Source: Pseudomonadota bacterium (GTDB taxonomy: Bacteria; Pseudomonadota; Gammaproteobacteria; Burkholderiales; Burkholderiaceae_B). Taken from it: a stretch of DNA of 57,339 nucleotides. The DNA is taken from the NCBI GenBank assembly GCA_023422555.1, contig JAFAGQ010000205.1, positions 1 through 57,339 of the forward strand. Direction: 5' to 3'. Shown here piece after piece: positions 25,948 through 36,177 of the stretch; positions within the stretch are counted from its first letter, which is position 1; every line of letters begins with the position of its first letter. Under the pieces are notes generated by a model. The model had not been told where the DNA came from. It searched no databases and saw only the letters and a list, made by a program, of their open reading frames with translations. Made by a program: the position numbers and the translations under genes.

Positions 25948-26745
25948 TGGAAATCAGACACAGAAAGCAGTGGTTGACTGGGAAGATGATTGCGCAGGTC
26001 GTATTTGATGACGGGTACAGATTTGATGCAGGCGATTCGGATATTAAGCTTGTTCAAAGTTTGGAGGCTTTGGATGCGAGCACCTCGAAATTGGCCGAAC
26101 TTGAAAATAAATTGCTGCGAAGCCAGCTATCCGAGGCATTGGGAAAGATCAGGGAGTATCGGGAGGACGAAGAGCGCAAGCAGGACGCTATCAAAGAATT
26201 TCAAGATGAATGGAATAAGCTTAAAGGCCCGCTCGAGTTCATGAGCGACAAGTTCAAAAAGGTTCAGGAGCGGGAAGAGTCTGGCGAATCCGACCGTGAG
26301 TACCGGGACGAAATCGAGCGATTGATGGCTGAAAGGCTGTCTGATCCGGAATCATCCGTATCGAAGGCAGTGATCAAGCATTTCAGAAAACCAGACACGG
26401 CCCAGCCCATCCCCCACCACGGCCCAGCCCATCCCCCACCACGGCCCGGGACTGGGCGAGGCGGAGGATGCGATGCGGGAGGATGGGTACGTAAGTTGTC
26501 CAACAGAAGGAAAGCTGCTGGATATCGAACCGGAATCAGGTGTCTGCGCACCGAAAAAACAATCTCTATGCCTAATTATCGAGCGGCATAAGGACGGCCA
26601 ATTGCACTTCTTTGTTCAGGACATCCACACATGGCGCGTTCGGCACCAGGGCGTGCGACCGTCCGAGTCAGATGTGTGGCTGGCAATTGATCCAGAGGAC
26701 AGGGCGTGTATTGAGCAGGTTTGTCATAAGCAGGGGGATGTGTGA
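25947..26745 (+). pseudogene. Hypothetical gene split by a 22-bp tandem duplication
   Basis: Removing one repeat unit joins ORF 25947 in frame with ORF 26473-26745 without a stop. Confidence 0.65.
26396..26447 (+). repeat. 22-bp tandem repeat (2.4 copies)
   Basis: CACGGCCCAGCCCATCCCCCAC at 26396 and 26418, partial copy at 26440. Confidence 0.95.
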
Positions 26746-27242
26746 TGGCATACCCAGCGTGGATGTATAGAAATCCCGCCTTTATTGTGGAAGAGAAAGA
26801 AATCAGTGAACTACGCCGAGACCGTAAGCCGGCAAACCCATTCGAGGAAAATATGACAGCAGATGAGATTTTAAGACAATGGGCCCGCGGTGAATGGGAT
26901 GGTTCGTATCCCCATCCTCTACCACCCCGCAGATGTGCTTCGGCTGAAGGCGAGTATGTGCCTCCTTCCATCCATCACAAAGAACCAGATGATGATTCCG
27001 AAGATCCGCCACCAATCAACTGGAAGATGCACGCTCATGTTGATAAATACTACAAGAAGCTGGCTCGGCGGGATCAGTGGATACTCCAAGCGGAGTACAC
27101 CAGACGGCATAAGTACGGGAATTTGACTGACAACGCCCGGCACGAAAAAGCCTCTCGGGTTTTGGGCATGTCAGTTCATTACTTCAAAAACCGTCTGGAA
27201 CACATGAAAATTGAAATTGAAACCACATGGAGAGACCGATGA
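26745..27242 (+). CDS. Q-like late regulator (putative)
   Basis: Q position; C-terminal HTH-like ASRVLGMSVHYFKNRL. Confidence 0.6.
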   Translation: MAYPAWMYRNPAFIVEEKEISELRRDRKPANPFEENMTADEILRQWARGEWDGSYPHPLPPRRCASAEGEYVPPSIHHKEPDDDSEDPPPINWKMHAHVDKYYKKLARRDQWILQAEYTRRHKYGNLTDNARHEKASRVLGMSVHYFKNRLEHMKIEIETTWRDR

Positions 27243-27484
27243 AATTAGCGGATCAGATTATCGAACTCATGGAGCCGTTCCCGGGTCGTCCTTTTCGGAT
27301 GCAGGAGATTGTAAATTACGTCAATCCGAGGGCGCGCGAGAAGCGCGATAAGGAAGCGATCAGAAAGCAGGCGCGTGTTGTGCTTGAGCAATTGTCTCAG
27401 ACCGGCAGCGTTAACATCAGTCCGCGTGAAAGAAACGGATCACAAGCACTATATTCATGGAAAAGCGGGAGTTTGAGTTCTTGA
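27239..27484 (+). CDS. Small winged-helix-like protein
   Basis: ATGA coupled; helix-helix-helix-wing pattern. Confidence 0.65.
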   Translation: MKLADQIIELMEPFPGRPFRMQEIVNYVNPRAREKRDKEAIRKQARVVLEQLSQTGSVNISPRERNGSQALYSWKSGSLSS

Positions 27485-27506
27485 AAAGCGGGAGCAAAAG
27501 CGGGAG
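27461..27506 (+). repeat. Three AAAAGCGGGAG direct repeats upstream of the late genes
   Basis: Exact copies at 27461, 27484 and 27496. Confidence 0.85.
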
Positions 27507-27567
27507 AATAGCGCTTGAGATATTGCGCCTATACAAATCGCCCCGCCGAAACGGGGCTTTTTTATGG

Positions 27568-27768
27568 TTATTTCATTTGGTTCGTTAATAATTCCACTGC
27601 TTTGCTCAACGACTCAATACTTTGGATTAAGTGGTTTTTCGCCTCTCTGTCGTCCGTACTCATTTTGGAATAATTGCGGGCATACGTTTTGGATGCGTCC
27701 AGGAGACTCCGAATTGCTTTCTGGGTTCCTAACCGCGTTTGCTCATCATAAAAACTATCTTGACTCAT
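27568..27768 (-). CDS. Small moron protein
   Basis: Antisense to the late operon, AT-rich upstream, AGGAG RBS, flanked by hairpin terminators. Confidence 0.65.
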   Translation of the reverse strand: MSQDSFYDEQTRLGTQKAIRSLLDASKTYARNYSKMSTDDREAKNHLIQSIESLSKAVELLTNQMK

Positions 27769-27935
27769 CGCGTCTTCTCCTATGTAGAAAGGAGTTTTAT
27801 TGTAGCTCCTTTATTACATATTGAAATAAATTATTGATTGTCTCCTCTAGCCGGAAACGGCAACTCAGAAGCCGCTTGGTGTTAATTCATCAGGCGGCTT
27901 TTTCTTTTTGGGCGACATAAAACCAAGGAAATAGC

Positions 27936-28577
27936 ATGGCGCAGCCAAATCAAAAGGCAGCGCCAGACTGGGAACGTATTGAAGCGGATTACCGGGCTGG
28001 CCTGCTGTCAGTCAGGGAAATAGCATCATCCCAGGGTATTACCGAAGGTGCCGTACGGAAACGTGCCAAGCGTGATGACTGGGTGCGTGACCTGCAGCCG
28101 AAGATCAAAGCCAAAGCAGATGATCTGGTACGCAAACAAGAGGTACGCACCGAGGTACGCACGGAAAAGGCGGTCATCGAGGCAAACGCCCAGGTTATCG
28201 CAGAGGTTAGAACGACGCACCGTCGTGATATTGCTCGCGCTCGATCGCTGGCTATGAAGTTGCTGGACGAACTAGAAATACAGACAGACAACATCGATCT
28301 GCTTGAACAGCTAGAGACAGCGCTTGCAGGCGAGGACGATTCCGCTGATGGGCTGATGCGCGCATTTCAGCGTGTCACTTCCACTGCTGGCCGGATCGAT
28401 AGCGCGAAAAAACTTGCTGAGGCTCTGAAGGTTCTGGTCACGATGGAGCGCGAAGCCTACGGGATTGCCGAGGCGACCAAGCTGGAAATCAGTAACCCTG
28501 ATGGCAGTATGCGCGGGCGCACCTTAGATGATTTCTACGAGGACTCGCATGTACAGGCTGAATCCGGCGCTAGCTGA
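27936..28577 (+). CDS. terS: Terminase small subunit
   Basis: PDWERIEADYRAG...AVRKRAKRDDWVR HTH; precedes TerL. Confidence 0.85.
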   Translation: MAQPNQKAAPDWERIEADYRAGLLSVREIASSQGITEGAVRKRAKRDDWVRDLQPKIKAKADDLVRKQEVRTEVRTEKAVIEANAQVIAEVRTTHRRDIARARSLAMKLLDELEIQTDNIDLLEQLETALAGEDDSADGLMRAFQRVTSTAGRIDSAKKLAEALKVLVTMEREAYGIAEATKLEISNPDGSMRGRTLDDFYEDSHVQAESGAS

Positions 28578-29892
28578 TTTCTGGCGGACCCGGAAGCCGT
28601 ACAAATTACTGAAGGGTGGCCGGTTCTCATCCAAGACGCAGGATGCGGGGGGTATGGCAGCTTTTCTGGCGCGTAACTACTCTCTGCGGTTCATGTGCAT
28701 ACGCCAGTTCCAGAATCGGATTGCGGATTCTGTCTATACGGTGGTGCGGGAAAAGATCGAGTCGGCGGGGTGGCAGGACGAATTCGATATAGGCGTTTCG
28801 ACCATACGGCATAAGGTCACTGGCTCGGAATTCCTGTTCTACGGCATTGCCCGGAACCTGAAAGATATCAAGGGCACGGAAGGCGTCGACATTTGTTGGA
28901 TCGAGGAAGGCGAGGGGTTGACCGAGGAACAGTGGTCAGTGATCGACCCGACAATCCGGAAAGAGGGCGCTGAAATCTGGATCCTTTGGAATCCTGACCT
29001 GATAACAGATTTTGTCCAAGCGAAGCTGCCGGGGCTTCTCGGCGATAAATGCATAATTCGCCACATTAACTATCTGGATAACCCATTCTTATCTGACACG
29101 GCCCGCGAAAAGGCCGAGCGGATGAAGGAAGTGGACCCGGACACCTACAGGCATATTTACCTGGGCGAACCGAAATCCAGCGACGATGCTGCGGTAATCA
29201 AATTTTCGTGGATTGAAGCGGCTATCGACGCTCACGCGAAATTGGGTATTGATCTATCTGGGGCCAGAACGGTCGGATACGACGTAGCCGATTCCGGGTC
29301 AGACAAGAACGCATGCGCGATATTCAACGGGGCAATCTGCTCTGAGATAGACGAGTGGGCGGCGCCAGAGGATGAACTTAACCAGTCCACCAAGCGGGCA
29401 TGGGCTCATGTGCAGAACGGAAGCCTGATCTACGACAGCATAGGCGTAGGGGCTCATGTTGGTTCGACCTTGGCCGACATGAAGGTCAAGAAGGGCTATC
29501 ACAAGTTCAATGCCGGCGGGGCCGTGATCAACCCTGATCATGAGTACGCGCCAAAGATCACAAACAAAGAGAAATTCGAAAACCTGAAGGCTCAGGCCTG
29601 GCAGGACGTGGCCGATCGGCTGCGAAACACATTCAACGCCGTGACAAAGGGCGAGACATTTGAGGCTAGCGAGCTGATCAGTATCAGCAGCAGCGTAGGC
29701 AAGCTGGAGCAATTGAAGGTTGAGCTTTCATCTCCCCGAAAACGTTACAGCAAACGAGGATTAGACATGGTGGAAACGAAGGACGAAATGGCAAAGCGCG
29801 GCATACCGTCGCCTAACCTGGCCGACGCTTTCATTATGGGAGCGTGTCCGCATCTGATTGAGCGCACCGGGTACTCTTGGAGTGGATTCTGA
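28549..29892 (+). CDS. terL: Terminase large subunit (PBSX-like)
   Basis: Walker A KGGRFSSKT, Walker B WIEE, nuclease GYDVAD and SPNLADA. Confidence 0.95.
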   Translation: MYRLNPALADFWRTRKPYKLLKGGRFSSKTQDAGGMAAFLARNYSLRFMCIRQFQNRIADSVYTVVREKIESAGWQDEFDIGVSTIRHKVTGSEFLFYGIARNLKDIKGTEGVDICWIEEGEGLTEEQWSVIDPTIRKEGAEIWILWNPDLITDFVQAKLPGLLGDKCIIRHINYLDNPFLSDTAREKAERMKEVDPDTYRHIYLGEPKSSDDAAVIKFSWIEAAIDAHAKLGIDLSGARTVGYDVADSGSDKNACAIFNGAICSEIDEWAAPEDELNQSTKRAWAHVQNGSLIYDSIGVGAHVGSTLADMKVKKGYHKFNAGGAVINPDHEYAPKITNKEKFENLKAQAWQDVADRLRNTFNAVTKGETFEASELISISSSVGKLEQLKVELSSPRKRYSKRGLDMVETKDEMAKRGIPSPNLADAFIMGACPHLIERTGYSWSGF

Positions 29893-31256
29893 TGGGTGTC
29901 ATCCGCAATATAGCCGATGGTCTGGTGAATGTCGTCGCAAATTTGGGGACGGGGCGGGACAAGGCAAGCCACTCAACTTATGACGATGTGGTCCTGACGC
30001 CGTTTGACTTATTGACGGCTTATCGGAATTCTTGGCTTGCTCGCGCCATTATCGACTACCCAGCAGAGGACGCTACGCGAAAATGGCGCAAATGGCGTGC
30101 CGAAGCGGAGCAGATCACCGCCATTGAGAACGAGGAAACGCGGCTCGGGCTACAAAAAATGGTTCAAGAGGCGATGATTTCCTCTCGTTTGTATGGTGGT
30201 GCAGCTATCTACATAAATACAAAAGAAGGAAACCAGCAGAGCCCGCTAACCCCAGGAAAAGAAGTAATTTCTCTTGTGGTGTTGACAGGGCAAACCTTGC
30301 GTCCAGGGCCTATCGTTCGTGATATTGGCAGCGTTTATTACGGGATGCCTGAGTATTACACACTCAATCAGCGTGATAAATGGAAGGAAATTCGTATTCA
30401 CCCAAGTAGGCTTGTGATATTCAAAGGTGAATATATTCCTGACGATACACGATCTACCTTCAATTCCTGGGGAGATAGTGTCTTGCAATCCACGCTCGAT
30501 GCCATTAAGCAAGTCGATTCCACGATGGCAAATATGGCTTCGCTGGTATTTGAGGCAAAGGTAGATGTGTTCCGGTTTGACGGCTTCGCCAAACTCATGG
30601 AAGACAACGAGGATGAATTGGTTCTGCGTCGCTTGAGTTTGCAGGCAAGAATGAAAGGCATTAACGGTGCCATTGTTACTGACAAGCTTGACGAATATGA
30701 GCAGAAAAATGCCAGTTTCGCTGGCCTGCCTGATGTGGTGGCAAAGTTCATGGACGCTGTATCTGGCGCCTCTCGCATTCCTGTTACCCGTTTATATGGT
30801 CGCGCTGCAGTTGGCTTGTCCGGGTCCGGTGATGGCGATGAGCGTGTTTATTTCGATCGAATCGGGCATATCCAGTCCATCGACATGAAGCCTGCTATGG
30901 CTCTTCTGGATGATTGCATTGTGATGCAGGCTTTGGGGTCACGACCTGAAGAAATCTATTACGAGTGGACGCCTCTGCGACAACTGACCGAATCTGAGCG
31001 TGCGGAGGTCTTTGTCAAGACGGCTACCGCGCTTCGCTCGATTGCAGGATCAACCGCTGGCCCAATCGTGCCCACGGATGCGCTGTCTGACGCGGCGGTC
31101 AACGAGTTTACAGAGCAAGGCATGCTGCCCGGCTTGGATCAAGCGATCAAAAAGTACGGTTCATTGCACGATCAGAATAAATTCGAGGGCGGTGAGACCG
31201 AGCAACAGCCTCCTCCCTCACCGAATAACGAGGAACAAGATGATCAAGATAACTGA
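29892..31256 (+). CDS. Portal protein (DUF1073/HI1409 type)
   Basis: YRNSWLARAIIDYPAEDATR, IHPSRL, WGDSVLQ and IPVTRLYG motifs. Confidence 0.92.
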   Translation: MGVIRNIADGLVNVVANLGTGRDKASHSTYDDVVLTPFDLLTAYRNSWLARAIIDYPAEDATRKWRKWRAEAEQITAIENEETRLGLQKMVQEAMISSRLYGGAAIYINTKEGNQQSPLTPGKEVISLVVLTGQTLRPGPIVRDIGSVYYGMPEYYTLNQRDKWKEIRIHPSRLVIFKGEYIPDDTRSTFNSWGDSVLQSTLDAIKQVDSTMANMASLVFEAKVDVFRFDGFAKLMEDNEDELVLRRLSLQARMKGINGAIVTDKLDEYEQKNASFAGLPDVVAKFMDAVSGASRIPVTRLYGRAAVGLSGSGDGDERVYFDRIGHIQSIDMKPAMALLDDCIVMQALGSRPEEIYYEWTPLRQLTESERAEVFVKTATALRSIAGSTAGPIVPTDALSDAAVNEFTEQGMLPGLDQAIKKYGSLHDQNKFEGGETEQQPPPSPNNEEQDDQDN

Positions 31257-32361
31257 TTCCGTCGCCATTGGTGACGCTGTTGTCACGGATGCTGGCTATC
31301 TCGAAGCCAATGCCCGTACAGCGCGCACAGGCGTGCAACAGTATATGGGCGCCGAACTTGGGCGGCCTGATCTTGGTGTGGTGAATGTGTACCGTGATGA
31401 AGCCGATGTGTTCTCACGCGCCTCACTGAATACTTTCTCCAAGCTGCCTATTACGAATGACCATCCTCCCGGTCGTGTTGTCAATGCCGATAACTGGAAA
31501 GAATTGGCAGTTGGCACTACGGGTGATGAAGTATTGCGCGATGGCGAATATCTGAAGGTGGGGCTGAAGATTACCGATGCCGCTGCTGTTCAAGCTGTGA
31601 AAGAAGGCAAGCGCGAGTTGTCGGTGGGCTATTCGACAGAGATTGTCTGGCAGGACGGTGTGGCTCCTGATGGCACTAAGTACCAAGCGCTGCAAAAGAA
31701 CATTACCGCAAATCATATAGCTATCGTCAACCGTGGCAGGGCTGGAAGTCAGGCACGAATTGGCGATTCCTGGGGCGCTGTCCCCGTTCAAGATTTTCAA
31801 CCGGGCGATTTGCCCAATACCGAGAAAGGAGGTCACATGAGTGATCAAACCAAACCGGTCGCGCTGGGCGATTCCGTAGTCCAGGTGGCTGTCTCTGATG
31901 TAGCCGCTCTGGAGCGGTTTAAAACGGACTCGGCAAAGGCTCTGGCCGACGCCAACACCGCCTATGCTGCCGCAATCGCAGATAAAGATGAGCAAATCGG
32001 GAAACTGAAAGCTGATCTGAAGACTGCTCAGGACGCCGCTGTAATTGATGTGGACGCCCTGGTTGCTGCCCGCACTGATCTGGTATCCAAGGTCAAAGCC
32101 ATCGACGCCAGCATTGACCCCGCCGGCAAATCCGACGCCGAACTGCGCAAGGCTGCTGTCGCTGCCAAACTAGGCGATGAGGCAGTCAAGGATGCCCCTG
32201 AAGCCGAAATCACCGGCATGTTCAAGGCAATCGCTAAGGACGCTACCCCCGGTAACCCAGTAGCGGATGCAATCGCGCGCGGTGTACATCACGTTGGCGA
32301 TGCTCGCGTGGTTGCTCAATCGTCCTACGTTGACCGCATGACCGGTCGCAAGACTGCCTAA
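31240..32361 (+). CDS. DUF2213 prohead protease/scaffold
   Basis: ARTGVQQY, PITNDHP, ELSVGY and NHIAIVNRGRAG motifs; internal in-frame start at 31837. Confidence 0.9.
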   Translation: MIKITDSVAIGDAVVTDAGYLEANARTARTGVQQYMGAELGRPDLGVVNVYRDEADVFSRASLNTFSKLPITNDHPPGRVVNADNWKELAVGTTGDEVLRDGEYLKVGLKITDAAAVQAVKEGKRELSVGYSTEIVWQDGVAPDGTKYQALQKNITANHIAIVNRGRAGSQARIGDSWGAVPVQDFQPGDLPNTEKGGHMSDQTKPVALGDSVVQVAVSDVAALERFKTDSAKALADANTAYAAAIADKDEQIGKLKADLKTAQDAAVIDVDALVAARTDLVSKVKAIDASIDPAGKSDAELRKAAVAAKLGDEAVKDAPEAEITGMFKAIAKDATPGNPVADAIARGVHHVGDARVVAQSSYVDRMTGRKTA

Positions 32362-32373
32362 GGAGAGAATATC

Positions 32374-32865
32374 ATGGCACTTTTCCCAGATCCAAAAACC
32401 AAACCCGACGCAGGTAGCGCAGGTCAGTTCCAGAATATGGAGGAATGGAATGCTTTCACGGCGTTTGCTTCTGCGCCTGTCGGTTTCGGCCTTCCTGTTT
32501 CTGTTGTCGGCCAGGCTGGCGACGGTTCAGCGAGCATTAAACCGCTGGAAGATGGCGAGGTATTCGCTGGAATCACCCGCGAAAACATCACCACCAACAC
32601 CACCGGAGATAGCCTGACATACGCGGTGGGCGATACCTTGGGCGTGGCTGATGAGGGTGTGATCTTTGTACCTATCGGTGGCGCTGTCACCAAGGGTCAG
32701 AAACCATTCTACAACCCAGCTGATAGTCAGTTCTACGGCGCTTCTGCCGTTGGATATCTGCCTATCCCCAATGCTGAGTTTGACCAAGACGGTGCCGCTG
32801 ATAGTGTTGCGCCACTGCGTATCCGTGTTGTACCCGGCGGTGACCCCGTCGAGGCCGCAGCTTAA
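32374..32865 (+). CDS. Head decoration/cement protein
   Basis: Lies between the scaffold and MCP genes; strong RBS. Confidence 0.75.
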   Translation: MALFPDPKTKPDAGSAGQFQNMEEWNAFTAFASAPVGFGLPVSVVGQAGDGSASIKPLEDGEVFAGITRENITTNTTGDSLTYAVGDTLGVADEGVIFVPIGGAVTKGQKPFYNPADSQFYGASAVGYLPIPNAEFDQDGAADSVAPLRIRVVPGGDPVEAAA

Positions 32866-32886
32866 CCATCCCTAAGAGGAAATATC

Positions 32887-33876
32887 ATGCAAATCACTGA
32901 CGCACAGGGACTGGCCTTTCTGCGGTCCCAAACTCATGTTCTGTCGAGCCGCGCGTTCGAACAGGAATATGACCTTATCAACTGGCGCGAACTGGTGCCG
33001 GTCAATACCGATTACCCGGAATGGGCCTCTGGTGTTGACTTCCAGATTGGTGACCTGACTGGCGCTGCTCAATGGCAGTCTGGTTACGCCAAAGACGTGC
33101 CGCTGGCCGACGTTAAGCTGCTGTCCGTATCGGCAAATTTTGCGATGTACGCGGTCGGCTATCGCTACAACGTCGAAGAGCTGGGCAAAGCCCAATTTGC
33201 GGGCTATCCGCTGACAGCCCGCAAAGCCATTGCCGCACGTCAGGCTGCTGACATCTTCAATGCTGAAACCGCGATCTATGGCGCTGGTCATCCTGGCTGG
33301 TCTGGTCTGGTCAATAAGACAGACGTTACGCCTGTTGCATCCCCCAATAACGGCACCGGTAGTGCACGAAATTGGGTAGACGCTAACGGCGTGGGCCTGA
33401 AAACGCCTGAGCAAATCGTAGCTGAGATGAATAGCTTGCTGATGGGCCCGCCCAATGCAACTGGTATTCTTACCTCTCTGATTGGCAATACCATTCTGCT
33501 GCCGCCTCTCTCGTATCAGTACATCGCTACCACGCCGTACGGCATCACCGCACCTGGCAAGACGATTCTCCAGCAGTTCATGGAGAATAACATTTACACG
33601 TCTCGCACCGGCCAAGCGCCGATTGTCCGTGATCAGCCTTTCCTGGCTGGCGCCTCGACCCTGACTTCACCAAATCTGGTAGGCCAAGGTCGAGCAGTGG
33701 GTTATCGCAACAGTTCCGATGCTATGGAATTGCCAATGCCGATGCCTTACCGGTTCCTGGATGTGCATCAGGACGGTCCGCTGCAATGGGCAATCCCAGG
33801 CATTGGCCGTGTCGGTCAATTGACTGAGTTCCGCCCAACCATCCGTTATCTGGATGGTGTTACACCCGCACCTTAA
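32887..33876 (+). CDS. Major capsid protein (DUF2184 type)
   Basis: 329 aa; DVPLADV, YRYNVEEL and PMPYRFL motifs; position. Confidence 0.9.
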   Translation: MQITDAQGLAFLRSQTHVLSSRAFEQEYDLINWRELVPVNTDYPEWASGVDFQIGDLTGAAQWQSGYAKDVPLADVKLLSVSANFAMYAVGYRYNVEELGKAQFAGYPLTARKAIAARQAADIFNAETAIYGAGHPGWSGLVNKTDVTPVASPNNGTGSARNWVDANGVGLKTPEQIVAEMNSLLMGPPNATGILTSLIGNTILLPPLSYQYIATTPYGITAPGKTILQQFMENNIYTSRTGQAPIVRDQPFLAGASTLTSPNLVGQGRAVGYRNSSDAMELPMPMPYRFLDVHQDGPLQWAIPGIGRVGQLTEFRPTIRYLDGVTPAP

Positions 33877-33930
33877 TGCGGCGGGGCCGGGTTCGCTCGG
33901 CCCCATCACTTACTATTTTCGAGACTGACA

Positions 33931-34215
33931 ATGCGAATCAAGAACCTCCTCAATTCACCGGTGACTGTCCATGCAACGCCCAAGTCGATCACTCTTGGTC
34001 CTGGGAAATCTGCTGATATTGACGGCTTTCAGTCCGGATATGAGCCATGGTATCGGCAGTCGGCTTTCTTCGAAATTGATGATGACCAAAAGCAGACCGA
34101 GGACGATATCGAGGCTTTGCGGGCTGAATACACGGAATTGACGGGTGAAAAACCGCACCATCTGTGGAAAGAGGCTCGGCTGCGGTCTGAAATCGAATCC
34201 AAAAAGGCAGACTGA
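33931..34215 (+). CDS. Small head-associated protein
   Basis: Follows MCP; C-terminal LRAEYTELTGEKPHHLWKEARL helical domain. Confidence 0.7.
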   Translation: MRIKNLLNSPVTVHATPKSITLGPGKSADIDGFQSGYEPWYRQSAFFEIDDDQKQTEDDIEALRAEYTELTGEKPHHLWKEARLRSEIESKKAD

Positions 34216-34216
34216 C

Positions 34217-34720
34217 ATGGCCGGATATGGAACCGACACCGGCTTTAACGCGTGGCTTGCCGCCTCTGGACTCACATTGCCTGATACTGCACCGGAAACG
34301 GCTGTACTACGTCAGATTGGGTCAGATTACGTCGATGGAGCGTATGAAGCTGCGCTGCAATGCAGTCATCGTACAGGTGGTTTTGAACAAGAGCGTGCTT
34401 GGCCCCGTACTGGGCACCGTGTAAATGGTCAGCCCGTGCCAAATGATCTGATCCCGCTTGCGTGGGTTAATGCATCGTATCGCGCGGCTTATCTGGAGGC
34501 TGTTACGCCCGGATGGTCCAATGGCGGCACAAATCCAGGCAGGCTTACGAAGCGTGAAAAAGTTGACACAATCGAAAGGGAGTTTTTCAACCCTACGGAA
34601 ACGACCGAGAATTCCCGGATTGCCCCCGGATTCCCATTCGATGCTCTTATCAATGGTCTCGTTCTGCCTTGGCTATGTTCCATGACACGTCGGGCCGATT
34701 CTTTATTTCGGGTGATCTGA
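34217..34720 (+). CDS. Head-tail adaptor
   Basis: QERAWPR and KREKVDTIEREF motifs; position. Confidence 0.8.
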   Translation: MAGYGTDTGFNAWLAASGLTLPDTAPETAVLRQIGSDYVDGAYEAALQCSHRTGGFEQERAWPRTGHRVNGQPVPNDLIPLAWVNASYRAAYLEAVTPGWSNGGTNPGRLTKREKVDTIEREFFNPTETTENSRIAPGFPFDALINGLVLPWLCSMTRRADSLFRVI

Positions 34721-34721
34721 A

Positions 34722-35111
34722 ATGGCCTTCTATGATGATATGCAGGCGATGGCGCGGGATTTGCTCAAACCTGACAGCCAAGGGGGCTTAGGGCAGGGAA
34801 CCATTACCCTAACCCGAATGGTACCCGGCACACCGAATCCTGACACACCTTGGATCCCAGTAGAAGATATTCCCCATACGGTGACCATCAAAGGCGCAGT
34901 GCGGGGAGTGAGCAAAGAACTGATAGGCACGGAAGTCGGTAGCGCCGTGATAGTAGCATCGGATCGTATCGCAATCACTGAGGTGCCATCAATTCAGTAC
35001 ACCGCTGGTGATACCCTCTCAGTAGATGGTAAGCCGGTAATGGTACTGAACGTACAGAACATTCCCGCTGCTGGAGTTACGTCGGCAGTGCGCTTCATTA
35101 TCCGGGGCTGA
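34722..35111 (+). CDS. Head closure protein
   Basis: Size and position; MAFYDDMQAMA start. Confidence 0.75.
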   Translation: MAFYDDMQAMARDLLKPDSQGGLGQGTITLTRMVPGTPNPDTPWIPVEDIPHTVTIKGAVRGVSKELIGTEVGSAVIVASDRIAITEVPSIQYTAGDTLSVDGKPVMVLNVQNIPAAGVTSAVRFIIRG

Positions 35112-35112
35112 T

Positions 35113-36177
35113 ATGGCAGCCTATCGCCCCTCACTCGCCCAGGCGCGTCAATTTGCGCAACTGATCGAGAACCTTGAGCCTGAAGTGTGGCGGGCATTCA
35201 TGGCTTCTGTAAACGACCTGCAGAGCAATGTAGACTGGCGCGCGTTACTTGATGCGCTTGAGCAGATGGATATCACCGCTGCAATTGCTGCGCTCCATAT
35301 TGATGAGGCGGCTTGGGCTGAGTATTCCTCCACGATGACGGATGTTTTCGCCAAGGCCGGGGCGTCTACTGCGGCGCAAATCCGTCAGTCAGGCGCCGCA
35401 GATATCGGAATTCGGTTTCGAATGACAAACCCAGGCGCGCAAGAGTGGATTGCAGAGAATGTCGCAAACAAGGTTGTGGGGTTTACCCAAGATCAAATTG
35501 CATCGGCTCGCGCTCTGATTGAGGCGGGATATGCGCGTGGTCAAGGGCCAACGAACATTGCTGTTGACCTGGCTGGGCGTTCGATGGGCGGTTCAGTAAG
35601 GGCAGGTGGCATTTTAGGGCTTGATGGCCCGCGAGCAGCCCGTCTCGACGCCGTAACCCAGGGGATGCGCACAGTCGATGGGGTTCGAAGTCTCGTTATT
35701 GAACACGCTGACGGCAATATCTCTCTGCGATATAGGGTCAACAAGGCTACAGCACAGAGAATTATTCGGGCCTTCAAAGCAGGAACAGAGGTGCCATCTG
35801 ATGAACGCCTGATCAGCGAGCGGCAATACAAAAATGCCTTACTCAAGGACAGGGCAGACACGATTGCAGAGACGGAAACTGCGAATGCAGTTATGGGTGC
35901 CAGGGATGAGCAGTGGCATCAATTGGCACAGTCTCAGGGGCTGGATGCCAGCGCAGTGATCAAAACATGGCGGCATCGGCGCGGTGCGGTTAAGGACTAT
36001 CGGCCAGACCACCTGGCTATGTCCGGTAAGTCAGTTCGTGGTCTGAATACTCCCTTCGAATTCCCGGATGGAGTACAGATGCAGTACGCGCACGACCCAG
36101 CAGGCGGCGCGAAACACAACATCAGGTGTGGCTGCGACACAGAATATCGTATTGATCATTCAGTGGGATTGAAATAA
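35113..36177 (+). CDS. Head morphogenesis (Mu gpF/SPP1 gp7-like) protein
   Basis: RADTIAETE, KTW, RPDH and NIRCGC motifs. Confidence 0.8.
   Translation: MAAYRPSLAQARQFAQLIENLEPEVWRAFMASVNDLQSNVDWRALLDALEQMDITAAIAALHIDEAAWAEYSSTMTDVFAKAGASTAAQIRQSGAADIGIRFRMTNPGAQEWIAENVANKVVGFTQDQIASARALIEAGYARGQGPTNIAVDLAGRSMGGSVRAGGILGLDGPRAARLDAVTQGMRTVDGVRSLVIEHADGNISLRYRVNKATAQRIIRAFKAGTEVPSDERLISERQYKNALLKDRADTIAETETANAVMGARDEQWHQLAQSQGLDASAVIKTWRHRRGAVKDYRPDHLAMSGKSVRGLNTPFEFPDGVQMQYAHDPAGGAKHNIRCGCDTEYRIDHSVGLK

Noticed and set aside
26396..27506. CRISPR-like arrays from the 22-bp and 11-bp repeats
   Set aside because: No unique spacers of regular length and no cas genes.
29892..31256. Anti-CBASS (Acb1) label sometimes attached to this portal family
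   Set aside because: Position and motifs indicate a portal; no extra HxT phosphoesterase domain is evident.
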